From Candidatus Anstonella stagnisolia (GTDB taxonomy: Archaea; Micrarchaeota; Micrarchaeia; Anstonellales; Anstonellaceae): DNA of 64,000 bases. Position 1 is the stretch's first letter, and each line of letters opens with the position of its first letter. Made by a program: the position numbers and the translations under genes. The notes below the pieces were generated by a model. The model did no database searches. It had not been told where the DNA came from and worked only from the letters and a program-made list of their open reading frames with translations. The stretch covers positions 770,086 to 834,085 of the forward strand of contig CABMCJ010000004.1 of the NCBI GenBank assembly GCA_902384585.1, in the 5' to 3' direction. Of the stretch, positions 52,850-61,941 are shown piece by piece.

Positions 52850-53518
52850 TTATTTGAAAATCTCGCCAGTTTCTTGCGACCAGAAAAGCAAGTCAAGATG
52901 GTGCATTGGGATTTTGTTTTTCCTGCAAAATCCCTCCATCTTCTTTTCAATCTCATCATATCTCTTGTGCGTGAGCGAGCGGGGGACATCTGCAATAACC
53001 CCCGCGCTCTCCAAATTCTTCAGAATATGCCTATCAAGTATCGCAAGATTGCTCCCGTGCCCGACATTTCTCAGGAAATGCCCTGCCTCTTTTTTCCCAA
53101 TGCCCAAAACATTTGCGACTATGAAATCCCGCGCCTTTTTCTGCCCGCTTTCTTTTTTTGGCAAAATTTCAAGGATGGCGCAATAGTCCCCGCCGCAAAA
53201 TTTTTTCCGTGCAAGCACAATGTACTTTGACTTGTTCCTGTGGAACCGCACTCCTGCCCAAAGAAGCGATTTTTCAATTTCCGAAGCATCCGCGCAATAC
53301 AACCTATCTTCCTCAAGCAGTTTTTTTATCGCAGCATCCGCAACCCTCGCCTTTGTCTGCGGCGTCAGGATGCAAAAGCAAAGCTCAGCAAATATTTCCC
53401 TGCCGCTTCCCTTCCCGGCTTTCTCAAAATAAGAAAGCCGCTCCTCTATGCGTTTCTTTTTCCCCAAATGCGCAGCTTTGATTTCACGTATTCTCATCAA
53501 CGCACCCTGCAAGCGCAC
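52850..53518 (-). CDS. ogg: 8-oxoguanine DNA glycosylase/AP lyase, archaeal Ogg2 type (HhH-GPD)
   Basis: The HhH motif is VLGIGKKEAGHFLRNVG, followed by AILDRHI. An alternative start is ATG 53497. Confidence 0.8.
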   Translation of the reverse strand: MRLQGALMRIREIKAAHLGKKKRIEERLSYFEKAGKGSGREIFAELCFCILTPQTKARVADAAIKKLLEEDRLYCADASEIEKSLLWAGVRFHRNKSKYIVLARKKFCGGDYCAILEILPKKESGQKKARDFIVANVLGIGKKEAGHFLRNVGHGSNLAILDRHILKNLESAGVIADVPRSLTHKRYDEIEKKMEGFCRKNKIPMHHLDLLFWSQETGEIFK

Positions 53519-53520
53519 CC

Positions 53521-54060
53521 TTACTTTTCCCTCTCCTCAATCCCATCATGCCCGGGGCAAAGCAGCTTGTACGGTATTTTCTCAATAAGCGCAAGGCTTT
53601 CCTGCATGAGTTCATCGCTCCCCTGCAAGTCCGTCCTCCCATGCTCCCCACCCGAAAATTTCGTGTCCCCGCTAAAAAGAATGCCGCTTTTGCGCTCAAA
53701 TATGCACACGCTTCCCATGGTGTGCCCGGGTGTGTGGAAAATTTCAAGCTCAAATTCCCCGAACTTTTTCTTCTTCCACTCAAGCGCTTTCGCATTTTTA
53801 GGCACAAAAATAAACGGCGCATCCTTTTTCTCTTCAGGATGCAAATAAACTTCCTTCCAGCTCTCTTCCACCCCTCTCGTATGGTCATAGTGCCCGTGAG
53901 TAAGAATGCACATTTTCGGCTCAAAATCAAGCAGTACTTTCCCATCCCCGCTGTCAATTATCGCTTTCCCTTCTTTGCCCCCATCCAGCATGTAAATAGT
54001 GGAGCACACTCTCTCGTCTGTTTGCAGCATGTAAATTCCTTTTGCAATTTTTTCAAACAT
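53521..54060 (-). CDS. MBL-fold hydrolase (glyoxalase II-like)
   Basis: ILTHGHYDHTRG and HTPGHTMGS are present. Confidence 0.75.
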   Translation of the reverse strand: MFEKIAKGIYMLQTDERVCSTIYMLDGGKEGKAIIDSGDGKVLLDFEPKMCILTHGHYDHTRGVEESWKEVYLHPEEKKDAPFIFVPKNAKALEWKKKKFGEFELEIFHTPGHTMGSVCIFERKSGILFSGDTKFSGGEHGRTDLQGSDELMQESLALIEKIPYKLLCPGHDGIEEREK

Positions 54061-54068
54061 AAATTTCC

Positions 54069-54833
54069 CTACAATTTTTTTATCTGGAAATTCCCAGCAG
54101 GCAGGACCTGCAACACCTCATCCACGTGCACGCCCAATTCCTTTGCAATCTGCGCAGCCGCTTTCCCCTTTTCAACCTCCCCAGGCACAAGCAAAAGCGC
54201 ATTCCCCAGTTTCCTTTGGCAAATCGCAGGCTGCACGCACGCAATCCCTTCCTCATCCTTCCCAATCACAAGTTCAAGCTTCGTGCCCCTAAACCAAAGC
54301 CGCTCTCCCTCAATCGCATATCCTCCCTGCCCCACATACCCGCCCTGCGAATGCTTTGAAATCTGCGTTGGCTTTACGCAATAAGCGTCAACCGCAGCCG
54401 TGCTTTTCCACGCATTTGAATAGCACGCTGCAAACTGTGCAGCCTCTTTCCCGTCTTCCATGCCTGCCTTTTCCCCGCCTTTCAAAATCACTACGCTTCC
54501 TCCCTGTATGTCAGCATGGAAAAACAAATCCCCCTCTTCCATATGCCTTGCAACAAGCGCATCGTTCTGCTTTGCATCCTTGCCCCCAATCGCAAGCAAC
54601 CCCGAGCTTGTGAAGAAATGCCTGAATTTCTCGTGCGCCTTTTTCTCCCGCTTCACGCGCGGCTGTTTTTCTTTTTCAGTGCTTCCCCTGCGAGCCTCGT
54701 CCTCAATTTCCTCCTGCGTTTTCGCTATCGCCTTTTTCATGCCTTCGGCTTTTCCCCGAAGCTTTTTCGCCATTTCAAAATAAGCGGCAGCATTCCCATA
54801 TGCATTTTTCCTTATGTCATACCTGACTCTCAT
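54069..54833 (-). CDS. NFACT-R (DUF814) domain protein, equivalent to the C-terminal half of Rqc2/FbpA-type proteins
   Basis: Start moved to ATG 54833. A coiled-coil/Lys-rich segment is followed by FFTSSGLLAIGGKDAKQNDALV...DLFFHADIQGGSVVILK. Confidence 0.7.
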   Translation of the reverse strand: MRVRYDIRKNAYGNAAAYFEMAKKLRGKAEGMKKAIAKTQEEIEDEARRGSTEKEKQPRVKREKKAHEKFRHFFTSSGLLAIGGKDAKQNDALVARHMEEGDLFFHADIQGGSVVILKGGEKAGMEDGKEAAQFAACYSNAWKSTAAVDAYCVKPTQISKHSQGGYVGQGGYAIEGERLWFRGTKLELVIGKDEEGIACVQPAICQRKLGNALLLVPGEVEKGKAAAQIAKELGVHVDEVLQVLPAGNFQIKKL

Positions 54834-54844
54834 TTTCAAAACCC

Positions 54845-55468
54845 TCAAAGGTAAGCCGCCCCAAGCAGCGCGCCCACAATCGCGCATATCGCGTTCGTGG
54901 TTGCCTTGTTGCCCACCCCCTTTTCCTCTATCACGCCAACAAGGCTGTCCGCCATGCTACCTGCAAGCCCTATAAGCCCGATTTTGAGCACTCCCCATGC
55001 CCCATACCCACCTACGAGGAAATACGCGCCAATCCCTATTATGAGCGCCCCGTTAAAGCTCATGAGCGTGCCAAAAAAGCTTATTGCACCCGATACCCCT
55101 TTTTTCGCTTTCTTAAAATCAAGCAATGATACGGGCTCCCCGCCAAGCACTCCCATCTCGGATGCGAATTTGTCCGCCGTAATTGCAGCAAGCGAGCCAA
55201 TGTAAGGCCCAACCCCCACGACCGGATAAAGGACTGCGCACGCAGCAGGAACAATGCCGTTTGCAAGCACGTTCTCCCAGCTTCGCTCGTGCTCATACAG
55301 CCCAATCTCCCGCTTTTCCTCATACCCATATTTTGTGGCGAGTACGCTTGCAGCCAGAAATATGAGCATGAGGGGCAGCGACGCCGGGTGCCCGAAATAA
55401 AACACGATTACCGCAAACACGGCAGCAAGCGCAAGGCCTGCAAAATCCAAAAGCGCAATGTTCGCCAT
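54845..55468 (-). CDS. Integral membrane protein, DUF92/TIGR00297-like
   Basis: 207 aa with about 6 TM helices. GVSGAISFFGTLMSF resembles the family motif as I remember it. Confidence 0.5.
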   Translation of the reverse strand: MANIALLDFAGLALAAVFAVIVFYFGHPASLPLMLIFLAASVLATKYGYEEKREIGLYEHERSWENVLANGIVPAACAVLYPVVGVGPYIGSLAAITADKFASEMGVLGGEPVSLLDFKKAKKGVSGAISFFGTLMSFNGALIIGIGAYFLVGGYGAWGVLKIGLIGLAGSMADSLVGVIEEKGVGNKATTNAICAIVGALLGAAYL

Positions 55469-56503
55469 CTACATCACTTCGCTTGTTACAATGAAATTCC
55501 CGCCTTCTTCCTTTACGCTGAATTTCGCAGCCTTGAACTTTTCAATTACCCGCATGTTTGTTTTCAGGTGATTGCTCACTGCAGGCGTTCTTATGCTGCA
55601 CTTCCCATTCGCGCCCGCCATATATAAAAGCAATTGGTCCGCGCAGTGCGAGTCCACGGCTGCCTTGCTTCTTTTTTCGCCCAAGAAATACATGGCAGCT
55701 TCCTGCGCAACATTTTCAGCCTTTTTCCCAACCTCCCCAAGCCCGCAAGCCCCTAGTCCGCCCTCCCAAATTGCAATTGCATTCCCTGCGCACGCTGCTT
55801 TGCATTCAATTATTTCAGTTTCAATTGCCGCATTGCCTGCAAGCGCGTTCTCAATAGCCCCCTTTTCCCTTTGTGCAACGTGCGCAGGCAAGCCGCACGA
55901 ATATATCCTGCATTTTGTTTTTCCGCCCTTCTGCTCCAGAAAATCCGCACCCCTGATTTTGCACGGCTTCACAAAAAGCTCAATCTCCCCTCCTCCTTTG
56001 GGGTAAAACCCAGCTCGTTTCAGCTTCCCCCCAGCCTCCACCCCAAATTTAGCAGCGCACCCCAAAAATACGTTCTCAAAATAGTCCCAAAAAGGCGCGC
56101 CCTTCACGTGCGTGCCGCCCTTAAGCACGATCCTGCTCCCTTCCTTTGCATTGCAAAGAACGGGAAGTATGGCCTGCGCAAGCAGCGTAATTGCCCCTGC
56201 GCTCCCAATATCAAACTCATATTCGCCGCCCCTTATCCCGCCAGGCTCAAATTCCACGCACGTGCTTCCAAGCTGCGCGCCCTTCACTTTTGCATTGCTT
56301 ATTTTCCCAAGCGCATTCACAACCGCAAGATGCTGCCTCGCAAGCCCGGCGTTGCTCCTTCCTGCCCTTATGTTGCAAATCCGAGCCGGAATGCCCTGCA
56401 TGCACGAAAGCGACAGGCTGGTCCTCAATACCTGCCCTCCCCCCTCGCCTGCGGAACCGTCGATTTCAACTATTTTTCCATTCCCCGCCTTATCCATGCT
56501 CAT
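55469..56503 (-). CDS. rtcA: RNA 3'-terminal phosphate cyclase
   Basis: EIDGSAGEGGGQVLRTSLSLS is present, and the expected adenylylated-His region is CADQLLLY. Confidence 0.9.
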   Translation of the reverse strand: MSMDKAGNGKIVEIDGSAGEGGGQVLRTSLSLSCMQGIPARICNIRAGRSNAGLARQHLAVVNALGKISNAKVKGAQLGSTCVEFEPGGIRGGEYEFDIGSAGAITLLAQAILPVLCNAKEGSRIVLKGGTHVKGAPFWDYFENVFLGCAAKFGVEAGGKLKRAGFYPKGGGEIELFVKPCKIRGADFLEQKGGKTKCRIYSCGLPAHVAQREKGAIENALAGNAAIETEIIECKAACAGNAIAIWEGGLGACGLGEVGKKAENVAQEAAMYFLGEKRSKAAVDSHCADQLLLYMAGANGKCSIRTPAVSNHLKTNMRVIEKFKAAKFSVKEEGGNFIVTSEVM

Positions 56504-56557
56504 TTCTTTCCCTCTCTCTTTTTATTTTTTCTTGCCATACTATACCCAGTGTAACTT

Positions 56558-56755
56558 ATGATAGAGATCGCAGCGCGCTATATTTTGCTTCTGGCAGTCG
56601 CATTCCTGCTCTGGCAGCTTATAACCAACCAAGACATGAACGCGCGCTTTGTTTGCGCGCTTTTGCTCATACTTGCGGGGCAGTTGCGCGAAATATTGCT
56701 GCTTAGGCAGGCATCAGTCCACACGAAAACGCAAAATTCAAAGGTGAAACACTAG
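56558..56755 (+). CDS. Possible small two-helix membrane protein (65 aa)
   Basis: A TTTTTATTTTTT element lies 25-35 nt upstream (leaderless-type). It has two hydrophobic segments. A nested hairpin plus T-tract follows the stop. Confidence 0.3.
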   Translation: MIEIAARYILLLAVAFLLWQLITNQDMNARFVCALLLILAGQLREILLLRQASVHTKTQNSKVKH

Positions 56756-56937
56756 GACGATAGAACAGAAAAGAAGGCCAGCGCGCGAAGCGCTGGCAAG
56801 GCGACCAGTTTTCTGTCTTTACGACAGAACAAAAGACGGAGATCTGCGTCACTATTTCGTTGGCTTGATATATAAACATTTGCGAAGGATTATCCACACA
56901 CTGACACACATTTATAAATGAAAAAAGGAGTGAAAGC

Positions 56938-57852
56938 ATGGCAGAAAATACGAATGAAACCCCAATCGCGCAGCAAAAGCAAACGCAGCAAAAACAAAAC
57001 GAAAATGCCATGCAAAAAGATGCGCCAGAAACTGCGCACCAAAAGCAGGCTGAAAATGCGCAGAAAAGCGCGCCCGCTTCGCAAAAAGATGCGCAAAAAG
57101 AGCAGGAAAAAACGCAGCCCGCTGCGCAAAAGCCCTCTTCCCAAAAGGAACTTTCCCTTCTCATGCAACTAAAGGCTCAAAAAGACGCGCTTCTGGAAGA
57201 GGCGAAAGCGCTCAACCCCAAACTTTCCGCGCTTCGCGCCCAGCTTGCACCGCTTGCAGCCGAGCTCAAGAGCGCAAAAGGCTCAAATTCCTCGCGCCTG
57301 CGCTCGCAGATTGACGAAATAGAATTCAAGATAGCGACCGAGGCGTTTACCTCAAAACAGGAAAAGGAGCTCATAAAAAGCAAAAAAGTGCTTGAGGAGC
57401 AGCTCAAAAGCGCATCCGCGGCCGACACGCTCTACAAAAAGGCATCCGAGCTTCGCGCGCAGCTAAAGCCGCTTTCTCAGCGGCGCGACGAAATAGACGC
57501 ACAGCTTGATTCGCTTCGCTACCAGATGTCCGCGGAATACGAGAAAACAAAAACCGAATACGAAAAAGGCAAAAAAGACCGCGAGAAACGCGCTTACGAA
57601 TCCCTGAAAGCCAGATACGGAAAAAAAGATACAGGCAAAACAGCCGGTGCTCCAAGTGCAAAAGAAGGCTCCACAAGCTCACGCCCAGAACGCCGCGATT
57701 TTGGCCGCAAACCCCATCGCGAAAAGCTTGATGCCGACGAGGCAAAATACCTCAAAAAGCACGACGATTTCGTGTCCCTTGAGGACATCGTAATAATGGA
57801 GAAAAAGGAAAAGAAGGAAGAAAAGGAAGAGGCGCAGGAAGGCAGTTCTTAA
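56938..57852 (+). CDS. Coiled-coil protein with a Gln/Lys/Ala-rich N-terminus (COG1340-like archaeal coiled-coil protein)
   Basis: An AAGGAGTGA RBS lies 6 nt upstream and a TTTATAAAT box lies upstream of that. Heptad-like segments occur throughout. Confidence 0.55.
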   Translation: MAENTNETPIAQQKQTQQKQNENAMQKDAPETAHQKQAENAQKSAPASQKDAQKEQEKTQPAAQKPSSQKELSLLMQLKAQKDALLEEAKALNPKLSALRAQLAPLAAELKSAKGSNSSRLRSQIDEIEFKIATEAFTSKQEKELIKSKKVLEEQLKSASAADTLYKKASELRAQLKPLSQRRDEIDAQLDSLRYQMSAEYEKTKTEYEKGKKDREKRAYESLKARYGKKDTGKTAGAPSAKEGSTSSRPERRDFGRKPHREKLDADEAKYLKKHDDFVSLEDIVIMEKKEKKEEKEEAQEGSS

Positions 57853-58598
57853 TTTTTAACCCCAAGCAGCGCCCCAACAGCATATCCTGCGATTCCCGCA
57901 AGCCCTCCAATCATGAGCATCTCAAGCCCGCTCTTGAACCAGTTCCCAATAGTTATTTTCGCTTTTATTGCACCTGCAGCGAATAGCGTGAGCAGCGAAA
58001 TCCCAGCAGCCATGAGCATGGCAAGCTGCACGTCCCCTATGAGCACAAACGGCACAAGCGGTATAAGCGAGCCTGCAAAAGACGAAATGCCTACCACAAG
58101 CCCCTCCCTTCTCGGGTTTATGTCCTTCACATCCCCAAACCCTAGTTCCTCGTTCATCATCACATCCACCCAAATTTTCTCGTCCGATGTGATGTGCTTC
58201 ACAACATCTGAAAGCGCCTTTCCCCGAAAGCCCTTCTTGTAATAAATGAGCTCGACTTCCTTCCTCTCAATCTCAGGCACTTCCTTTACTTCCCGCTTTT
58301 CGCGCGCAAGCTCTGCATGATAGTGGTCCTCTTCAGCCCTTGAGGACGTATATGCAACAGCCGCCATTGAAAGCGATTCCGCAAACGTTGCTGCAATCCC
58401 GGCAACAATAATTATCTGCGAATCCTTTGTTGCGCTCGCAACGCCCAGCACAAGCCCGAGCACGTTCACAAGCCCGTCCTGGCCTCCCAATATTATCTGG
58501 CGCAGCAGCACCCCCTTGTTCCCCCCTTTTGCATTTTCGCCGTAAATGTGCTTCTGCTCCCTCTCAGTAAGAATTAACGGGTCGTATTCTCCATCCAC
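57849..58598 (-). CDS. VIT1/CCC1 family iron/manganese transporter
   Basis: ILGGQDGLVNVLGLVLGVASA is present, followed by a central cytoplasmic helical domain and 5 TM helices. Confidence 0.8.
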   Translation of the reverse strand: MDGEYDPLILTEREQKHIYGENAKGGNKGVLLRQIILGGQDGLVNVLGLVLGVASATKDSQIIIVAGIAATFAESLSMAAVAYTSSRAEEDHYHAELAREKREVKEVPEIERKEVELIYYKKGFRGKALSDVVKHITSDEKIWVDVMMNEELGFGDVKDINPRREGLVVGISSFAGSLIPLVPFVLIGDVQLAMLMAAGISLLTLFAAGAIKAKITIGNWFKSGLEMLMIGGLAGIAGYAVGALLGVKN

Positions 58599-58664
58599 AA
58601 TATCACCGATTTGTTATGTAATTCCACCTTCCCTTTTTATTAAGTTTGCTTGCGCCGGATATTT

Positions 58665-61049
58665 ATGGTTTTGAGAAAGGCATTCCTGCTTGATGTAGAC
58701 TACACACACAAGAAGGGCAAGACGTACGTGCGCCTGCTGCTCAAGGGAAAGCACACCTTCCGCCTGTACGATTCCTACGAGCCCTATTTCTACGTTGATG
58801 CGCCCGAATCCGAAAAAGAAAGCATAATGAAAATCTCCCTTGAGCACAACGGGGAAAAAATCGCCCCGGTGCGCGTTGAAACCGCGCACAAAACCGTTTT
58901 TGGGAAAGAAAAAAAGCTACTAAAGGTTTTCTGCTCCTCCCCCTCACACGTTCCCCACATTTCCGCAAAAATACAGCATCCTGTATTTGAAAACAACATC
59001 CTTTTCGGCAGGCGCTACATGATAGACAAAGGGCTCTCGCCCTTCTCGCTTCTCATATACGAACGAGATGGAAAATTCCTCAAAAAAATTGTGAAAGTAA
59101 AGGACGGAATTCCCAAGCTCAACTCGCTCGCATTCGACATAGAAACCTACAACCCAATAGGCGCGCCCCGCCCGGAAAAGGACCCTGCGATAATGATAAG
59201 CTACGCAAACGGGATGCAGGGCGTGCTCACTTACAAAAAAATAAACAAGCCCTTTGTGCTTGCGAAAAAATCCGAGGCCGAAATGATTTCCTCTTTCTGT
59301 TCCGTGCTGAACGAAACAGACACGGACATACTTTTCGGCTACAATAGCTCCAATTTCGACCTTCCCTACCTCCAAGCGCGCGCGGATGCGCTCAAAATAA
59401 AATTCCCAATAGGGCGCGACAAGCGCTCTTTCATTCTCCGCAAGGCAGGCATGCGCGAAATGGCAAAGATAGGCGGAAGGGTGCACATAGACCTCTACCC
59501 CGCAATCCGCTTCCTATCTTTCATAGGCGCGCTCAAGGCATCCAAGTTCACCCTCGAAGCCGCATACTCTGAAATAACCGGCAAGCAAAAATACATGGTA
59601 AAGCGGCTCGAAATCCACCAGATGTGGGACAGCAAGGACGAGGCGGTGCGCGAGGAGCTTGCCCACTATTCAATGCAGGATTCCATTGCAACAAAGGAGC
59701 TCGGCGCGATTGTTCTCCCGCTTCTTATGGAAATAAGCCGCCTCACAAAAATGCCCCTCTTTGACACCGCATACGCAACCGCTGGGCAGCTCGTGGAATC
59801 CCTCCTGATATACCGCTCATACGAGGCAAACACAATCGTCCCCCCAAAACCAACTGACATGCAGGCAAAGGAGCGCGAGGCGCACCCGATAGAGGGTGCA
59901 TTCGTAAAGCTCCCCACAGCCGGCATATACGAGAACATCGCAGTATTTGACTTCCGCGGCCTGTACCCCTCCATAATTACCTCGCACAACATAGACCCCT
60001 ACACGCTCAACTGCTCCTGCTGCACAAAGGCTGAAAGTTTTGTTTCGCCCCTTGGGCACCGCTTCTGCAAAAAGAAAAAAGGGCTCATCCCGACCGTGCT
60101 TGGCGACGTGGTCGCAAAACGCGCAGCGCTTAAGGACAAGCTCAAGCACGTGCAAAAGGACACAGAGGAATACCGCACGCTCTTTGCAAGGGTGCAGGCG
60201 CTCAAGATAATCGCCAACTCCTACTACGGCTACCTCGCGTACGCGCGCTCGCGCTGGTACGCGCGCGAGGCAGGCGAGTCCGTAACCGCGTGGGGCCGCC
60301 ACTACATCCAGGAGACAATAAAGAAAGCAGAAGATGCAGGCTTCCAAGTGCTCTACGGCGACACAGACTCTGTTTTCCTGCTCTTAGGAAAAAAAGGAAA
60401 AGAAGACGGGCTCGCATTCATGAAAAAAATAAATTCCGAGCTCCCCGAGGGAATGGAGCTTGAGCTTGAGGGCTTTTTCAAGCGCGCGGTGTTTGTCTCA
60501 AAAAAAGGCGGCGAGGCAGGCGCAAAGAAAAAATACGCAATGCTTGGCGAGGATGGGCGCATAAAAATCCGCGGCTTCGAGCTCGTACGGCGCGACTGGT
60601 CCTCAGTTGCAAAAGACACGCAGCGGAAAGTGCTCGAGGCAATACTTGTGCACGGCAGCAAGGAAAAGGCGGTCGGGATTGTACGCGACGTTGTGGAAAG
60701 ATTGCGAAGCGGAAAAGTCCCACTTGAAGAACTCGCAATTTACACCCAGATAAGCAAGGACCCAAAAAAATACGAAATAACCTCCCCCGAAATTTCAGCC
60801 GCAAAAAAAGCAATAGCGCGCGGGGTGCACGTTGAAAAGGGTAGCATAATCGCATTTGTAATCTCAAAGGGCGGCTCCACGATTTCCGAAAAGGCAACTC
60901 CCCTTGAGTTCGCAACAAACTACGATGCCCAGTACTACATAGACCACCAGATACTTCCCAGCGTGCTGAAAATACTCAAGGAGCTCGGCTTTTCCGAGGA
61001 CGATTTAAAATTCAAAGGGACGCAAAAAGGGCTCGAGCATTTCATGTAG
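58665..61049 (+). CDS. polB: Family B DNA polymerase with a C-terminal PIP box
   Basis: Exo I is LAFDIETY, motif A is DFRGLYPSII, motif B is KIIANSYYGY and motif C is YGDTDSVF. The C-terminus is ...GTQKGLEHFM. Confidence 0.95.
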   Translation: MVLRKAFLLDVDYTHKKGKTYVRLLLKGKHTFRLYDSYEPYFYVDAPESEKESIMKISLEHNGEKIAPVRVETAHKTVFGKEKKLLKVFCSSPSHVPHISAKIQHPVFENNILFGRRYMIDKGLSPFSLLIYERDGKFLKKIVKVKDGIPKLNSLAFDIETYNPIGAPRPEKDPAIMISYANGMQGVLTYKKINKPFVLAKKSEAEMISSFCSVLNETDTDILFGYNSSNFDLPYLQARADALKIKFPIGRDKRSFILRKAGMREMAKIGGRVHIDLYPAIRFLSFIGALKASKFTLEAAYSEITGKQKYMVKRLEIHQMWDSKDEAVREELAHYSMQDSIATKELGAIVLPLLMEISRLTKMPLFDTAYATAGQLVESLLIYRSYEANTIVPPKPTDMQAKEREAHPIEGAFVKLPTAGIYENIAVFDFRGLYPSIITSHNIDPYTLNCSCCTKAESFVSPLGHRFCKKKKGLIPTVLGDVVAKRAALKDKLKHVQKDTEEYRTLFARVQALKIIANSYYGYLAYARSRWYAREAGESVTAWGRHYIQETIKKAEDAGFQVLYGDTDSVFLLLGKKGKEDGLAFMKKINSELPEGMELELEGFFKRAVFVSKKGGEAGAKKKYAMLGEDGRIKIRGFELVRRDWSSVAKDTQRKVLEAILVHGSKEKAVGIVRDVVERLRSGKVPLEELAIYTQISKDPKKYEITSPEISAAKKAIARGVHVEKGSIIAFVISKGGSTISEKATPLEFATNYDAQYYIDHQILPSVLKILKELGFSEDDLKFKGTQKGLEHFM

Positions 61050-61064
61050 TTACATTTGATGCAG

Positions 61065-61916
61065 CTACATTCTCACTATGAGCATGAGCACGTCCCCAAA
61101 GAAAAGCGTGATGAGCAGCCCAAGGAGAATATGGGGCAAAAACGGCGGCATTTTCGTATACACGCAGTATTTTTTTAGCGGCAGTTTTGCAAGCCTTGCA
61201 AGTTCCTTTGAATCCGCAACCCTTCTCAAGTTGTATTTTTTCACAACTGACTCGTCCATGTACTCAAGCGCAATTACGTCTTCTTCCTCTATTTTTGAGA
61301 ACGGGACCTCCTCCACCATCATCCTTGCAATCCGATTCTTGAACAAGAGGAAAAACAGGGAAACAAAAACAACAAACCCGACAAGCACAAAATACGCTGG
61401 CCCAAACACGCCGTTCTTCCCGGCAACATACACGAAAACCGCATACGCAGCCGCAACCAAAACCGCCCCAAGCGCAGTCTTTGCGTCCACTTTCATCTTT
61501 TCCCTTCTCGCATCCCTTACTGCCCTCGCGCCGTAAAACGCAAGCATGTACAGCATAAAAGTTATCCCCGACGCCGCAATAACGGAGAACACATACGGAT
61601 ACGGCGCAGGCGCAACGTTTGCAAACACCGTGGGCTGCACAGGAAGCAAAAGCGCTATTGCGCTCAGGATGTACACGTCCGCGCCTCCAAGCTGCCCTGC
61701 CCTATAAAGCAAATACCCAGCAACAAAAATCGCAATTGCAACAGCGAAAGCAAGCAGGCTTCCCTGCCCCCAAAACACCAAATCGAAGAGCACCCCGAGC
61801 GCAAGCATCGCATACAAAAGGATATTCGGAATATTCCGGTTGTTCCTCAAATCATAATATGCGCCCGCAGCGCATCCCGCAATTGCTATCAAAACCCGTG
61901 CCAGTTCAAATTCCAT
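61065..61916 (-). CDS. A24-family prepilin/preflagellin peptidase (PibD/FlaK/EppA-like) with an extra C-terminal soluble region
   Basis: The first catalytic Asp context is GAYYDLRNNRNIPN and the second is GQLGGADVYIL. About 6 TM helices are followed by an ~80-aa hydrophilic segment and a final TM helix. Confidence 0.75.
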   Translation of the reverse strand: MEFELARVLIAIAGCAAGAYYDLRNNRNIPNILLYAMLALGVLFDLVFWGQGSLLAFAVAIAIFVAGYLLYRAGQLGGADVYILSAIALLLPVQPTVFANVAPAPYPYVFSVIAASGITFMLYMLAFYGARAVRDARREKMKVDAKTALGAVLVAAAYAVFVYVAGKNGVFGPAYFVLVGFVVFVSLFFLLFKNRIARMMVEEVPFSKIEEEDVIALEYMDESVVKKYNLRRVADSKELARLAKLPLKKYCVYTKMPPFLPHILLGLLITLFFGDVLMLIVRM

Positions 61917-61941
61917 GCCCCCACCGCCTTAAACTGATTCC

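Noticed and set aside
56940-57170. Repetitive CAAAAAG/GCGCAAAA DNA that looks like a tandem repeat or a degenerate CRISPR-like array. The similar stretch at 38560..38830 raised the same question.
   Set aside because: The periodicity is irregular and there are no repeat-spacer units. The region is in frame with RBS-supported genes, where it encodes Gln/Lys/Ala-rich (or Lys/Pro-rich) low-complexity protein segments.
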